Shown: in pieces, positions 50,231-61,981 of the stretch
Layout of the letters: each line of letters begins with the position of its first letter
Numbering within the stretch: the stretch's first letter is position 1
Assembly: GCF_018977255.1 (NCBI RefSeq)
Contig: NW_024704742.1
Location: 75,208,001 to 75,272,000 of the forward strand
Direction of reading: 5' to 3'
DNA: 64,000 bases
DNA from: Callorhinchus milii
Lineage: Eukaryota
Position numbers and translations under genes: made by a program
The notes under the pieces: generated by a model
Told to the model about the DNA's origin: nothing
What the model saw: the letters and a program-made list of their open reading frames with translations, nothing else
The model's database searches: none

Positions 50231-52191
50231 CTTGCCTACTTGAGCTATTCTCATTACAACCACATTGCTTTTACATCTGTCTACTGCAGACTTCCCTTAC
50301 TTCTCACTATGCCCCAGTTTTATATTGTTGCTCAGTTATCCCTTTGGGATGATGCCCAATTATCACGGGAATTCCAATCAATCCTGATTGTTAGCTCCTT
50401 TAACAAAGGTTGATCACCAATATCCATAAAAGACAGTGATGGGGTTTATCACCCTGTCACACACAATTTTGTCATTTTTTTTAATTCAAAGCTTGTGATC
50501 CCTGAAACATGGTTTATTCCTCAGCAGAATCTCATAAATCATTATACTTCAATTACTACCAATAGAAAGAAGTTGCCCGTTAGAGTAAACATGGAGAAAT
50601 TATTTCCACTAGTTAGTGACTATACAGCAGAAATGTAAGATAATTTAAGATACAGAGAGTACGTTGGCTGAGATTTTTTGTTGGGAAAATGATTCAGCTC
50701 CCAAGTACGTTGTACCCCCATTGCTAGGGAATTCAGAGGAATAAAGCAAAGTGGACTTAAAGCTGAAGGTTGCAAGCTGGGTTTGCTGAGAGTTAAAACT
50801 GTGAAGATGTTAGGACAAGAATCTATTCAGTAAAGATTCATAGATGATACAGCTCAGAAACAGGCCACTTGATCCATCCAGTCCAAATTGTACTCCACAC
50901 AAGTGACTATCCCTAATCCCTTATCTAAACTTTTCCCCATATTCCTCAATTTTATTCTCTCTTAACTCAAATCATGTACACCTAACCAGATTGTGGTTTC
51001 TATCATTTTTTTAATGAAAGGTATCATTCATGTGATTTTCGGCACACCACTTAACTCGCAGTCAAGCCTGAACTCTTCCCCCAAATGCAAGGATTATTAT
51101 TATTATTATATTATTAAGGAACCTTGGCTAGTTTTCACTTCCCAAACCTAAGCCAAGACCAATTAAGTCTTCACAAGCAGTCTCCACTGACACCAGAAAA
51201 CTAAACACAGACGGGAATTAGGTACATAAATGACAGGGTCCTACACCTTCCCTATTTAATCTCTTGAAGGACCATAAAAACCTCACAAGAGACAAAACTG
51301 TAAAATGTGTTTCTTACAAAATGTCTAGATATCTGTTCACTATTGAACTCTGATATTTTTACAGGTGACATTTCCATGGTGCCAACAGCATTGTTTTGTT
51401 ATATAGTACCATAGAACCATAGAAATGTATAGCACAGGAGGCCACTCAGCTCATTGTATCTGTGCTGGCTCTGAGAAAGAGTCCCATTCATTTGCAAAAC
51501 CTGCGATTGGATCTAGAGTAGTTCACTGTGCGCTCACGCTGTTCATTCACTGTGCTGCACTCTGAGGCAAATCAACAAAGCTCAGTCGTGCTCCCAGATT
51601 TAGCAGAAGCCTCGCAGTTTTGAGGTTTATGTTATGATGCGCATCAGTTTCTGAGTGTCTTGATGTTTTGAAGCCCACACCGTGCACATCTGCGATTAAA
51701 GATTTAACTTTTCATGGAATCTGGCCAGTGTGTGCGGGTGGGCGCCAGACTGCAATTCAGTTGTCGGCTGAATTCATCATTTAACTCTAAATTCCTGCTA
51801 AAGAGCATTGATGGCTTGAGGATAGAGATGCTAATCTACTTTATAAATGTGCCTAAATAAATAAAAAAAAGCAACAGTTCTGTGTCTGGAATGAATAACA
51901 ACGGCCTTGGACTTGCTGCGGGGATATGCAAACTAGATATGAACATCTGCAGTTTTGCTGAATTCCAGTATTTACAATCTGTAGCGAATGGCTCCATTGA
52001 TCTTTTCTGTGCAGAGAATCAATACTGCTTAAAATGCACAGTTTAGGTACGCCCAATACTGCTTAAAATACGCACTGTTTTTTTCCGCACGTTTTTGTTG
52101 AATATCATACATCACAAAAATATATTTTTTTAAAAACTAAATGACAACTTAATGTCCGCGTTCTGATCGTGGAACTGAAATGTTGACATGT

Positions 52192-52513
52192 GGAGTCCTG
52201 TAGCTCAGTGGTTAGAGCACTCGCCTTGCAAGCGAGACACCTGGGTTTAATTCCAGGCAGGGTGAAACCTTGGGCAAGTTTCCTTACTCCACATGCCTGA
52301 TAATAATCCCTCCAAAACAAAACAATAATAAATTGGTCACTTCCATCCACGACTGTTGTGGGACACTGCTGTGCGCAATTGGCTGCCGCGTTTCGCCCAC
52401 AAATATACAATACAGTCAATTCACTTTACAGTATATTCTGTGAAGCGCTTTGAGACGTCTAACAAGATGTGAAAAGCGCTATTTCAAATGCAAGGATTAT
52501 TATTATTATTATA
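52192..52513 (+). mobile_element. tRNA-Ala-derived SINE (subfamily A)
   Basis: Full-length copy ~3 kb upstream of the TACR start codon. Confidence 0.92.
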
Positions 52514-52917
52514 TTCCCAATGAGTGAGAAACAATGAGGATTTGGGATCAACTCTGCTTACAAGAGCTTATTGCAAGTTCAGGCATTCCTTTGATTTCCA
52601 ACCAAAGGCACCTTTATATTAAGGAGGGAACCGTTTACTTGTTTGAATCTCTGTTTGAAATACACCGACCCGCACTGGCGAGGCTCTGTGCTGGGGTTCT
52701 GCAACCTCGGGTTACATTCGGATATAAAGGAAGATTTCGAAAGACTGAGATCCCCAGGAACAGCTCTGGCTGGACATGCAGCTCATCCCCAGTGCGCTGC
52801 TGTTTGCTGGTGGCGGTGGCACTGACTGACCTGCCTGTGGAGACGGGGCATTTGAGGGCTCCCAACATCTCAGTCTCACTTGCACTTCAGCTGTTGGTTT
52901 CAGCAGAAGTCAGTCAG

Positions 52918-55028
52918 GCAGAGGCTGAGGGTGTGAGTGAGGCTGAGGGTGTGGGTGAGGGGTGAGTGTGAGAGTGAGGGTGTGGGTGAGGGTGTCCGGT
53001 GAGTGAAGGTGTGGGTGAGGGTGTGGGTGTGTGTGAGGGTGTGTGAGGTGTGGGTGAGGGTGAGGGTGTGGGTGTGATTGAGGGTGAGGGTGTGGCTGAG
53101 GGTGTGATTGAGGGTGTGAGTGTGGGTGAGGGTGTGGGTGAGGGTGTGCGTGAGGGTGTGGGTGAGGGTGAGGGTGTGAGTGTGGGTGTGTTAGAGGGTG
53201 TGAGTGAGGGTGTGAGTGAGGGTGAGGGTGTGGGGTGAGTGAGGGTGTGGGTGAGGGTGAGGGTGTGAGTGAGGGTGTGGGTGAGGGTGTGAGTGAGGCT
53301 GACTGTGTGGGTTAGGGTGTGGGCTTGGGTGAGGGTGTGGGTGAGGGTGTGGGGTGAGTGAGGGTGTGGGTGAGGGTGAGTGTGTGTGTGAGGGTGAGGG
53401 TGTGTGAGGGTGTGTGGGGGGGTGTGAGGGTGTGAGGGTGGGTGAGGGTGTGTGTGAGGGTGTTTGTTTGTGTGTGTGAGTGAGGGTGTGACTGTGTGTG
53501 AGGGTGTGTGTGAGGGTGTGTGTGTGAGTGTGTATGTGTGTGTGAGGGTGTGTGTGTGTGTGTGTGATGGTGAGTGTGTGTGAGGGGGTGTGATGGTGTG
53601 TGAGGGTGTGATGGTGAGTGTGTGAGGGTGTGATGGTGTGTGTGAGGGTGTGTGTGAGGGGGTGATGGTGTGTGTGTGTGAGTGTGTGAGGGGGTGATGG
53701 TGTGTGTGTGTGTGAGGGTGTGTGAGGGTGTGATGGTGAATGTGTGAGGGTGTGATGGTGTGTGTGAGGGTGTGTGTGAGGGTGTGTGTGAGGGTGTGTG
53801 TGTGTGAGGGTGTGTGTGTGTGAGGGTGTGATGGTAAGTGTGTGAGGGTGTGTGTGAGGGGGTGATGGTGTGTGTGTGTGAGGGTGTGTGTGAGGGGGTG
53901 ATGGTGTGTGTGTGTGAGGGTGTGTGTGAGGGTGTGATGGTGTGTGTGAGGGTGTGTGTGGGGGTGATGGTGATGGTGGGGGTGTGAGGGTGTGTGTGGG
54001 GGGTGATGGTGTGGTGTGTGAGGGTGTGTGTGAGGGGTGATGGTGTGTGTGAGGGTGTGTGTGGGGGTGATGGTGATGGTGAGTGTGTGAGGGTGTGTGT
54101 GAGGGGGTGATGGTGTGTGTGAGGGTGTGTGTGGGGGTGATGGTGATGGTGAGTGTGTGAGGGTGTGTGTGAGGGGGTGATGGTGTGTGTGTGTGAGGGT
54201 GTGTGTGAGGGTGTGATGGTGTGTGTGAGGGTGTGTGTGGGGGTGATGGTGATGGTGAGTGTGTGAGGGTGTGTGTGAGGGTGTGTGGGGGTGTGATGGT
54301 GTGTGTGTGAGGGTGTGTGTGAGGGTGTGTGTGAGGGTGTGATGGTGTGTGTGTGAGGGTGTGTGTGAGGGTGTGTGTGAGGGTGTGTGTGTGTGAGTGT
54401 GTGAGGGGGTGATGGTGTGTGTGTGTGTGAGGGTGTGTGTGGGGGTGATGGTGTGTGTGTGAGGGTGTGTGTGAGGGTGTGTGTGAGTGTGTGTGTGTGT
54501 GTGTGAGGGTGTGTGTGTGGGGGTGATGGTGTGTGTGTGTGTGAGGGTGTGTGGGGATCTGTGATGGTGTATGTGTGAGGGTGTGATGGTGTGTGTGAGG
54601 GTGTGTGTGATGGTGTGTGTGAGGGTGTGTGTGTGTGAGGGTGTGTGTGTGTGAGGGTGTGATGATGAGTGTGTGAGGGTGTGTGTGAGGGGGTGATGGT
54701 GTGTGAGGGTGTGTGTGGGGGTGATGGTGATGGTGAGTGTGTGAGGGTGCGTGTGAGGGTGTGTGGGGGGGTGATGGTGAGTGTGTGTGGTGGGGGTGAG
54801 TGTGTGAGGGTGTGTGTGAGGGTGATGGTGTGTGTGTGAGGGTGTGTGTGAGGGTGTGTGGGGGGGTGATGGTGAGTGTGAGGGTGTGTGTGGGGGTGAT
54901 GGTGAGTGTGTGAGGGTGTGTGTGAGGGTGTGTGTGTGTGAGTGTGTGAGGGTGATGGTGTGTGTGTGAGGGTGTGTGTGAGGGTGATGGTGTGTGTGAG
55001 GGTGTGTGGGGGTGATGGTGATGGTGGG
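52918..55028. repeat. ~2.1 kb GT-rich compound low-complexity array (GT dinucleotide, GTGAGG and GTGATG units)
   Basis: Seen directly: mixed gtgtgaggg, gtgatg and (gt)n units, with almost no C on the + strand. Source of the 767-aa H/T/P ORF on the - strand. Confidence 0.95.
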
Positions 55029-55303
55029 CTGTTCCCAGCTGAGCCTATCCTCTGTGAGGAGCGGTCCTGGTCTGGGGTTGACGCTCCTGGATCCCTCTCT
55101 TAAAAGGATGGCATTTGCTGACCTCCCGGGATCAGACCGCGCGCGGTCCCTGTGCTCGAGAGTCCCCGCCAGGAACGGTGCCAACATCGACATCTTCGCC
55201 CACACGTTCAGCCGCAAAACCCACCCCCTCCTCGGAAGCTTATCGTTTTAGTCGTTCGTTTTTATTTTTATTTTTATTTGATTTTATTGTTTTTATTTTT
55301 TTA

Positions 55304-55468
55304 TTTATTGATTCGCATTTTATTGATTCGCATTTTATTTCTTTGCATTTTATTCATTTGCATTTTATTCCTTTGCATTTTATTCATTTGCATTTTATTT
55401 CTTTGCATTTTATTGATTTGCATTTTATTTCTTTGCGTTTTATTGATTTGCGTTTTATTGATTTACGT
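55304..55468. repeat. 15-bp tandem repeat x11 (TTTATTNNTTTGCAT-type) inside a T-rich tract
   Basis: Units start at 55304, 55319, 55334 ... 55454, alternating ...catttgcat and ...tctttgcat variants. Exact ATTTGCAT at 55356, 55386 and 55416. Confidence 0.9.
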
Positions 55469-55574
55469 TTCGTTTTATTTTTTATTTTTTTTATTCATTC
55501 CTGTTTTTTTTTTATATTGGCGGTTCGCCCTCTGCGGTTTCGTTGGGGGGGGGTTTCCCCGAACTTCCACGAAG

Positions 55575-55999
55575 ATGAGCGCGTCGCCCGCAGCTGATGG
55601 CGGGACCCCGGGCAGCGGCAACCAGAGCGACCCCTACAACCAGAGCTCTGGCCGCCTGCCCTCGCCCGGCGGCTCCAACAGGTACGCCCAACCCTCCTGG
55701 CAGACCGGGCTCTGGTCCGTCTCCTACGGGTCGGTGGTGCTGGTGGCGGTGTTCGGGAACCTGGTGGTGATGTGGATCATTCTGGCGCACAAGAGGATGC
55801 GGACGGTCACCAACTATTTCCTGCTGAACCTGGCGTTCTCCGACGCCTCCGTGGCCGCCTTCAACACTTTGGTCAACTTCATCTACGGGGTCCACGGCGA
55901 CTGGTACTTCGGCAAAAGCTACTGCCGCTTCCACAACTTCTTTCCCATCACCGCTGTTTTCGTCAGTATCTACTCGATGGCGGCGATCGCGCTGGACAG
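55575..55999 (+). CDS. TACR3: Tachykinin receptor (NK3R/TACR3-like), coding exon 1: N-terminus to TM3
   Basis: ATG at 55575 (aagATGa). Translation [10 protein letters not shown]...QPSWQTGLW...[44 protein letters not shown]...[26 protein letters not shown](R) carries the tachykinin-receptor signature [16 protein letters not shown] and the NK3R-type AFSDAS/FNTLVNF. Two NQS sequons in the N-terminus. Donor AG|gtgagg splits the Arg codon of DRY, the conserved intron-1 position of TACR genes. Orthologue versus paralogue is not resolved. Confidence 0.93.
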
Positions 56000-56015
56000 G
56001 TGAGGGCTGCCGAGG

Positions 56016-57913
56016 CTCCCACCTGCCCCTCAGTCCTCTCAGCTGCCCCTCAATCCTCTCAGCTGCCCCTCAATCCTCTCAGCTGCCCCTCAATCCTCTC
56101 AGCTGCCCCTCAGTCCTCCCACCTGCCCCTCAATCCTCCCCCCTGCCCCTCAGTCCTCTCAGCTGCCCCTCAATCCTCACAGCTGCCCCTCAATCCTCCC
56201 ACCTGCCCCTCAATCCTCTCAGCTGCCCCTCAATCCTCTCAGCTGCCCCTCAGTCCTCTCAGCTGCCCCTCAATCCTCACAGCTGCCCCTCAGTCCTCCC
56301 ACCTGCCCCTCAGTCCTCCCACCTGCCCCTCAATCCTCCCCCCTGCCCCTCAATCCTCCCCCCTGCCCCTCAGTCCTCCCCCTGCCCCTCAATCCTCCCC
56401 CCTGCCCCTCAGTCCTCCCCCCTGCCCCTCAGTCCTCCCCCTGCCCCTCAGTCCTCCCACCTGCCCCTCAATCCTCCCCCTGCCCCTCAGTCCTCTCAGC
56501 TGCCCCTCAATCCTCACAGCTGCCCCTCAATCCTCCCACCTGCCCCTCAATCCTCTCAGCTGCCCCTCAATCCTCTCAGCTGCCCCTCAATCCTCTCAGC
56601 TGCCCCTCAATCCTCTCAGCTGCCCCTCAATCCTCCCACCTGCCCCTCCACCTGCCCCTCAATCCTCCCACCTGCCCCTCAGTCCTCCCACCTGCCCCTC
56701 AGTCCTCCCACCTGCCCCTCAGTCCTCCACCTGTCCCTCAATCCTCCACCTGCCCTCAATCCTCCCACCTGCCCCTCAATCCTCCCACCTGCCCCTCAAT
56801 CCTCCCCCCTGCCCCTCAATCCTCTCAGCTGCCCTCAATCCTCCCACCTGCCCCTCAGTCCTCCCACCTGCCCCTCAGTCCTCCCACCTGCCCCTCAGTC
56901 CTCCCACCTGCCCCTCAGTCCTCCCCCCTGCCCCTCAGTCCTCCCCCTGCCCCTCAATCCTCCCCCTGCCCCTCAATCCTCCCACCTGCCCCTCAATCCT
57001 CCCCCCTGCCCCTCAATCCTCTCAGCTGCCCCTCAATCCTCCCACCTGCCCCTCAGTCCCCCACCTGCCCCTCAGTCCTCCCACCTGCCCTCAGTCCTCC
57101 CCCTGCCCCTCAATCCTCCCACCTGCCCCTCAGTCCTCCCACCTGCCCCTCAATCCTCCCACCTGCCCCTCAGTCCTCCCACCTGCCCCTCAGTCCTCCC
57201 ACCTGTCCCTCAATCCTCCCACCTGCCCCTCAATCCTCCCACCTGCCCCTCAATCCTCCCACCTGCCCCTCAATCCTCCCACCTGCCCCTCAATCCTCTC
57301 AGCTGCCCCTCAATCCTCTCAGCTGCCCCTCAATCCTCCCACCTGCCCCTCAATCCTCCCACCTGCCCCTCAATCCTCCCACCTGCCCCTCAATCCTCCC
57401 CCTCCCCCCCCCCCCTCCCTCAATCCTCCCAGCTGCCCCTCAATCCTCTCAGCTGCCCCTCAATCCTCTCAGCTGCCCCTCAATCCTCTCAGCTGCCCCT
57501 CAATCCTCCCAGCTGCCCCTCAATCCTCTCAGCTGCCCCTCAATCCTCTCAGCTGCCCCTCAATCCTCTCAGCTGCCCCTCAATCCTCTCAGCTGCCCCT
57601 CAATCCTCCCAGCTGCCCCTCAATCCTCCCAGCTGCCCCTCAATCCTCCCAGCTGCCCCTCAATCCTCCCACCTGCCCCTCAATCCTCCCACCTGCCCCT
57701 CAATCCTCCCACCTGCCCCTCAATCCTCCCACCTGCCCCTCAATCCTCCCACCTGCCCCTCAATCCTCCCACCTGCCCCTCAATCCTCCCACCTGCCCCT
57801 CAATCCTCCCACCTGCCCCTCAATCCTCCCACCTGCCCCTCAATCCTCCCACCTGCCCCTCAATCCTCCCAGCTGCCCCTCAATGCTCTCAGCTGCCCCT
57901 CAATCCTCTCAGC
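56016..57913. repeat. 20-bp minisatellite (CAATCCTCYCASCTGCCCCT), ~95 units, at the start of TACR intron 1
   Basis: Seen directly. Two main unit variants: caatcctctcagctgcccct and caatcctcccacctgcccct. Begins 16 nt after the exon-1 donor. Confidence 0.97.
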
Positions 57914-59259
57914 TTCGCCTTAATGCTCCCAGCTTTGCATCCAAGTTACATATTGTTTCAGTTCAACAAGATCTCCGGCCATCCCGCCCCCCGAACAATC
58001 TGTTAAAAATAACTATTCTTGTATTTGATAAAATAACTTTCAGGTCAGGTAGACGTCTCAAAACGCTTCAGAGAGTTTAGTACAAAATGTAATGATCATA
58101 TTTTGTAGGCGAACCTGGCAGACAATATGTACATGTAATGTAAAATCCTTTCATGTCAGTCAACAAGTAATGAAAACATTGGATATTTTCTGAGGGAAAC
58201 ACAAATACCAGTAAATTTGTACAATATGAAATTATTAATTGCACAAAAAATAGAGGGCTATTTATTAAATCGTTCAAAATTTACCAGATCTTAAAAAGAA
58301 ATCCTCTGATCAATCTGACTTAAAGATCTGTGATTGTATATCACGGGTATGATTGTACTATCAGACAGTACATTTATTGAAATGCTAAATCTTTCAAATC
58401 AAGTATTGGAACAAACGATAAAGTAGAAATGACTCAAAGAAGCCCTCATCGGGTGAATAAAATGGATTATTTGACGACTTTAGCCACACGAAGGGCTCTA
58501 TTGTTGTTGTAATTTGATGTTAGTCTGTTTTACTTGTTATTATTCTGGGCTGGAAGGTTGTGTGGTTGAATCCTCAAGTTATAATAATAATCCTCCAATT
58601 TTATATATTTCATGCTGAGAGGATGTCTCAAAGCGCTTCACGTAATTTTAGGACGTGTAGTGACTATATTTTGTAGGTGAAAGTGGCAGCTAGTTTGCAC
58701 ACAAACAACCATGAATTAAAAAGCTGCATAGTTAGGACTTGAGCACACAATCTGACAGTCCAATGTTTTTGTTTGTTTTCTCGTGGAGCAGGACATAAGA
58801 ACATAAGAATTAGGAGCAGGAGTAGGCCATTCAGCCCCTCGAGCCTGCCCCGCCATTCGAATTAAATACAAATACAAATTAAAGGACTATTTATTAAAGA
58901 ATTTCAAATGAGTGATTTTACTTTTTCCCAAAACTGGGCTACAAAGATAAGTGCCCTCTGGTTCAGCTGCAATTTTTCAAATGAAATGTTAACCTGAGGT
59001 TCAGGTGGAAGTTAAAATTTCATACGATTTGAAAAGTAATGAGTTTCTCCTCATGTTCTGACCAACAGTACTCCTCATATATTGAGTTTGCACTTGATGT
59101 GGGAGCTTGCCATGCACAGTTTGGTCCTGTAAAGGTGGCAAATACAATCACCAATTCCGACAGCAATTACCAGTAAAGCACTTCAGGATATTTTGATGTT
59201 AGATTATTAAATTCAAGAATTATTCACCAAACTGAGTTAAGCTTGTGGCATATAAAACT

Positions 59260-60820
59260 TTTGTCCAGATGGTCCATTATGATTGCAAATTCCTGGGAAT
59301 CCAATGAAGGGATTATCCTCAGGCCATTTGTGAAGTCTAGGACCAAGCATGAGATGGATTTGTGGTAAACATCAGAAGCGGCTGTAGGGAGGGAAGTCAC
59401 CACCCAAACTGACATGTTCCTGAGCAGAATTAGCTTCACAGCCCCTCACATGAAGCCCTAAATTAACTTGTGCCGGGTACATGGCATTCGACTTGAACCT
59501 TGAGAACATCAAGGTGGCTGATACATCACAAGATGGTCTCTAAAGATCCTCCCAACACACTGAAGGCAGATGTCAGTAGAATAGATCATGGAACTCTGAA
59601 GCTTGGGGCTACAGCTGGTAAAGAAAACCTATAGGTTGTGGATTCAAACCCCACTTTGGGACTTTGAACTTACAGTTTAGGCTCTGCATGACACTACAAT
59701 ACAATGCAGGTTGTGGGCTGCATTGTTGAAGGAACTGTCCTTCAGAGGAGATGCTAAAATAAGGTTCCATCCGCCAGTTCAGGTGGACATTGAAGATCCC
59801 ATGGTACTGTTCAAGATTGAAACTCTCAGTCTGCTGATGGGATTCTGCATGTGCCAGACACCGTACTTTTCAAAACAATGTAGAAATGTATTGCCTGGTT
59901 TCTGAATTGGAATGTGTACTCTCTCGTTGGGGAGACCCACCCTGGTTACCTATTTCTAAGTGTATGAGGTGCAGGTAGGCAACAGCCAAAGTTTAATCAG
60001 CAAAAACAGCATTTCTTACCATTCTGGCAAACTTCTTGTCGCCTGTCTAGCTAGGATCGCCGTACCAATTAAAGCTTTGCCTTGCAGGCCTCTCTAGACA
60101 CTGCTAGACTATCTGGTCTTTAATCATCAGTACTTTGGATTATTGTTGATCCACTTGGCTCAGGAAATTGACTACTGAGACCACCACAGAAAGTCAAAAT
60201 TTCAATACTAAGCACATGCCCTTTGAGCCAGCACAATCCCAAGGAGACACCATTTACCATCTCCACGAGGATATTCACCAGTTGTCAATTGACATCTGTC
60301 AAGCATAAGTTTGAGCTCCCACTTAGTAGATAACAGGTACCAGGAGCCCACTGAGAGATTTTTGAAGGGTAGTACAAATCAGCATGAAATATGTGAGACC
60401 ATTGCCACCATCCTCCTGCCCACAGCTCGGCATATATCCCTTGCCATTGAGTGACATTTCCAATAGGTGGAAGTGCTTTCACAGCAGCTGCTTAACTTAC
60501 CGCATGCCAGTCAACAACACAAAAATCTGGATATATGAATGTGTTTCCATAAATAACACTTAGGTTCCCGACCAGCTCTGCAAGGTGGAGGGCGCAGGGG
60601 TGCGGTAAGCATGGTCTCCTTAGGGCTGAACTTGCTCCAACATGACATTTTTGGCAGTGGAATGTCAGAATTGAACCAATCCTCTGGTGGTCTTGAAAGC
60701 CCAGTTCCTGAGCCAGGCAGGTCCCAGATACTGATACTCCAAGGCACTGCTGATGACAGCACAGCCAGTCTGGCTCAACGGCAGGGCTTGAAAGGGCAGA
60801 CCAGTTACTGGTGGCAGGAG
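59260..60820. mobile_element. Fragmented, mixed-orientation pieces of the same non-LTR family in TACR intron 1
   Basis: ~59260-59620(+) matches the reverse complement of 19450-19760. ~59890-60530(-) matches the UTR and CCHC region. ~60600-60820(+) matches the UTR. Confidence 0.65.
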
Positions 60821-61789
60821 CGTTTGACAGTGGCGGAGGCTGACCCCGATCCAGGGGGGGAGGGAGAGGGGAGGTAAGCACAATCAAAAAGGAAGGTCTT
60901 TAGGTGGGATTTGAAGATGGGGAGAGAGGGGGAAAGGGGGATTGATTGAGGAAGAGCGTTCCAGAGTTTCGGGCGTGGTGGCTGAAGGCACGGCCCCGAT
61001 AGTGGAATGGAGGGTAAGGGGGACAACAGGAGGCCGGAACCAGCCGAGCTGAGGCAGCGGAAAGAGAAGGGAGTTTCTCCTGGTGTCCTGACCAACAATC
61101 CCCCAAATAAAGTTGGTCATGGCAGTCTGTGGGACATTGCTGTGCACAACAGCTTGCACAACTGGTCACCCACAAACTACAGTCACTCCACTTTACAGTA
61201 TATCCATTGAAGCTCTTTGAGATGTCTCAACTATGTGATAAGGCGCTATATCAAATGCAAGAATTATTATTATTATTTATTACATAAAATTTTAAATGGG
61301 ATTGAAAAATTAAACCAAGTAAAATACTTTTGGATAAAAATAACATAATTCTTACATTTGATACAGAACCTATCATGTTAGGGGTTATCTCAAAGCCCTT
61401 CACAGGATTTACTATAAACAACAACAAAATGCATTTATATAGTACTTTTCACATTGGGAGGATGTCCAAATGTGTGGCCAGTTGAAGGTTTGCACCTGAA
61501 CTGGCAGTTGGGTGAGGATGGTCAAAGGAAGGTCTTGACTTGGACATTGAAGTAAGTGAGGGAGTGACTAATGTGGAGTAATTGGGTGGAAAGGTCCAAC
61601 ATAAAAGTGAAGTGATTGACCAATTTTATCTGGGAAGATTGTTGGTCAGGACACCATGAGAAACTCCCTTCTCTTTTTGAATAGTGCCATGAGATCTTTA
61701 ACATCCACCTTGGAGATAACACTCATTGTAAGGTACTAAATATGAAAAAATGCAGAATCTAACCCTGTTTTTATCTTTTCATGTGGAAG

Positions 61790-61981
61790 GTACATGGCTA
61801 TTATACATCCTCTGCAACCAAGAATTTCAGCCATGGCGACTAAAGTAATCATTGCAAGCATCTGGCTTCTGGCATTTGTTCTTGCCTTCCCGCAGTGTTT
61901 TTACTCAGATATCCGGCAGTTTTCAAAACGTAATGTCTGCTTTGTGGACTGGCCAAGAGGCCCACATCAACAAAAATTTAT
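61790..61981 (+). CDS. TACR3: Tachykinin receptor (NK3R/TACR3-like), coding exon 2: DRY end, TM4, ECL2
   Basis: Acceptor ...gtttttatcttttcatgtggaag|G at 61789/61790 completes AGG (Arg), then [63 protein letters not shown]. Donor AT|gtaagt at 61981/61982. Phase matches exon 1. Confidence 0.93.

Larger units (their letters stand above)
55030..56015. promoter_or_regulatory. CpG-rich island-like region over the TACR 5' region and exon 1
   Basis: High CpG density at 55030-55255 and 55520-56015 (e.g. ccgcgcgcgg, gcgcgtcgcccg) against a CpG-poor window. The TSS cannot be placed from sequence. Confidence 0.55.

Noticed and set aside
52914..55217. 767-aa His/Thr/Pro-rich ORF on the - strand
   Set aside because: It is the translation of a CA-rich low-complexity array that can barely encode stops; no domain is present.
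55152..55574. 141-codon hydrophobic N-terminal extension of the receptor
   Set aside because: It starts at GTG and consists of the T-rich 15-bp repeat (F/L/I/C codons). The ATG at 55575 gives a normal receptor N-terminus with glycosylation sequons.
56016..57913. CRISPR-like array
   Set aside because: Units are directly tandem with no unique spacers, there are no cas genes, and the context is eukaryotic.
52918..57913. Head-to-head telomere fusion site (TGAGGG/CCCTCA variant repeats)
   Set aside because: Canonical TTAGGG is almost absent, the two arrays have different unit structures, and an intact coding exon lies between them.
55772..58006. 744-aa Pro/Ser-rich ORF on the + strand
   Set aside because: It starts out of frame within TACR exon 1 and reads through the stop-free 20-bp minisatellite in intron 1.
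60746..60812. Hammerhead ribozyme (CTGATGA...GAAA) in the non-LTR 3' UTR
   Set aside because: No stem II closing pair next to the core and no stem III/NUH after GAAA. The motifs are not preserved in the other copies.
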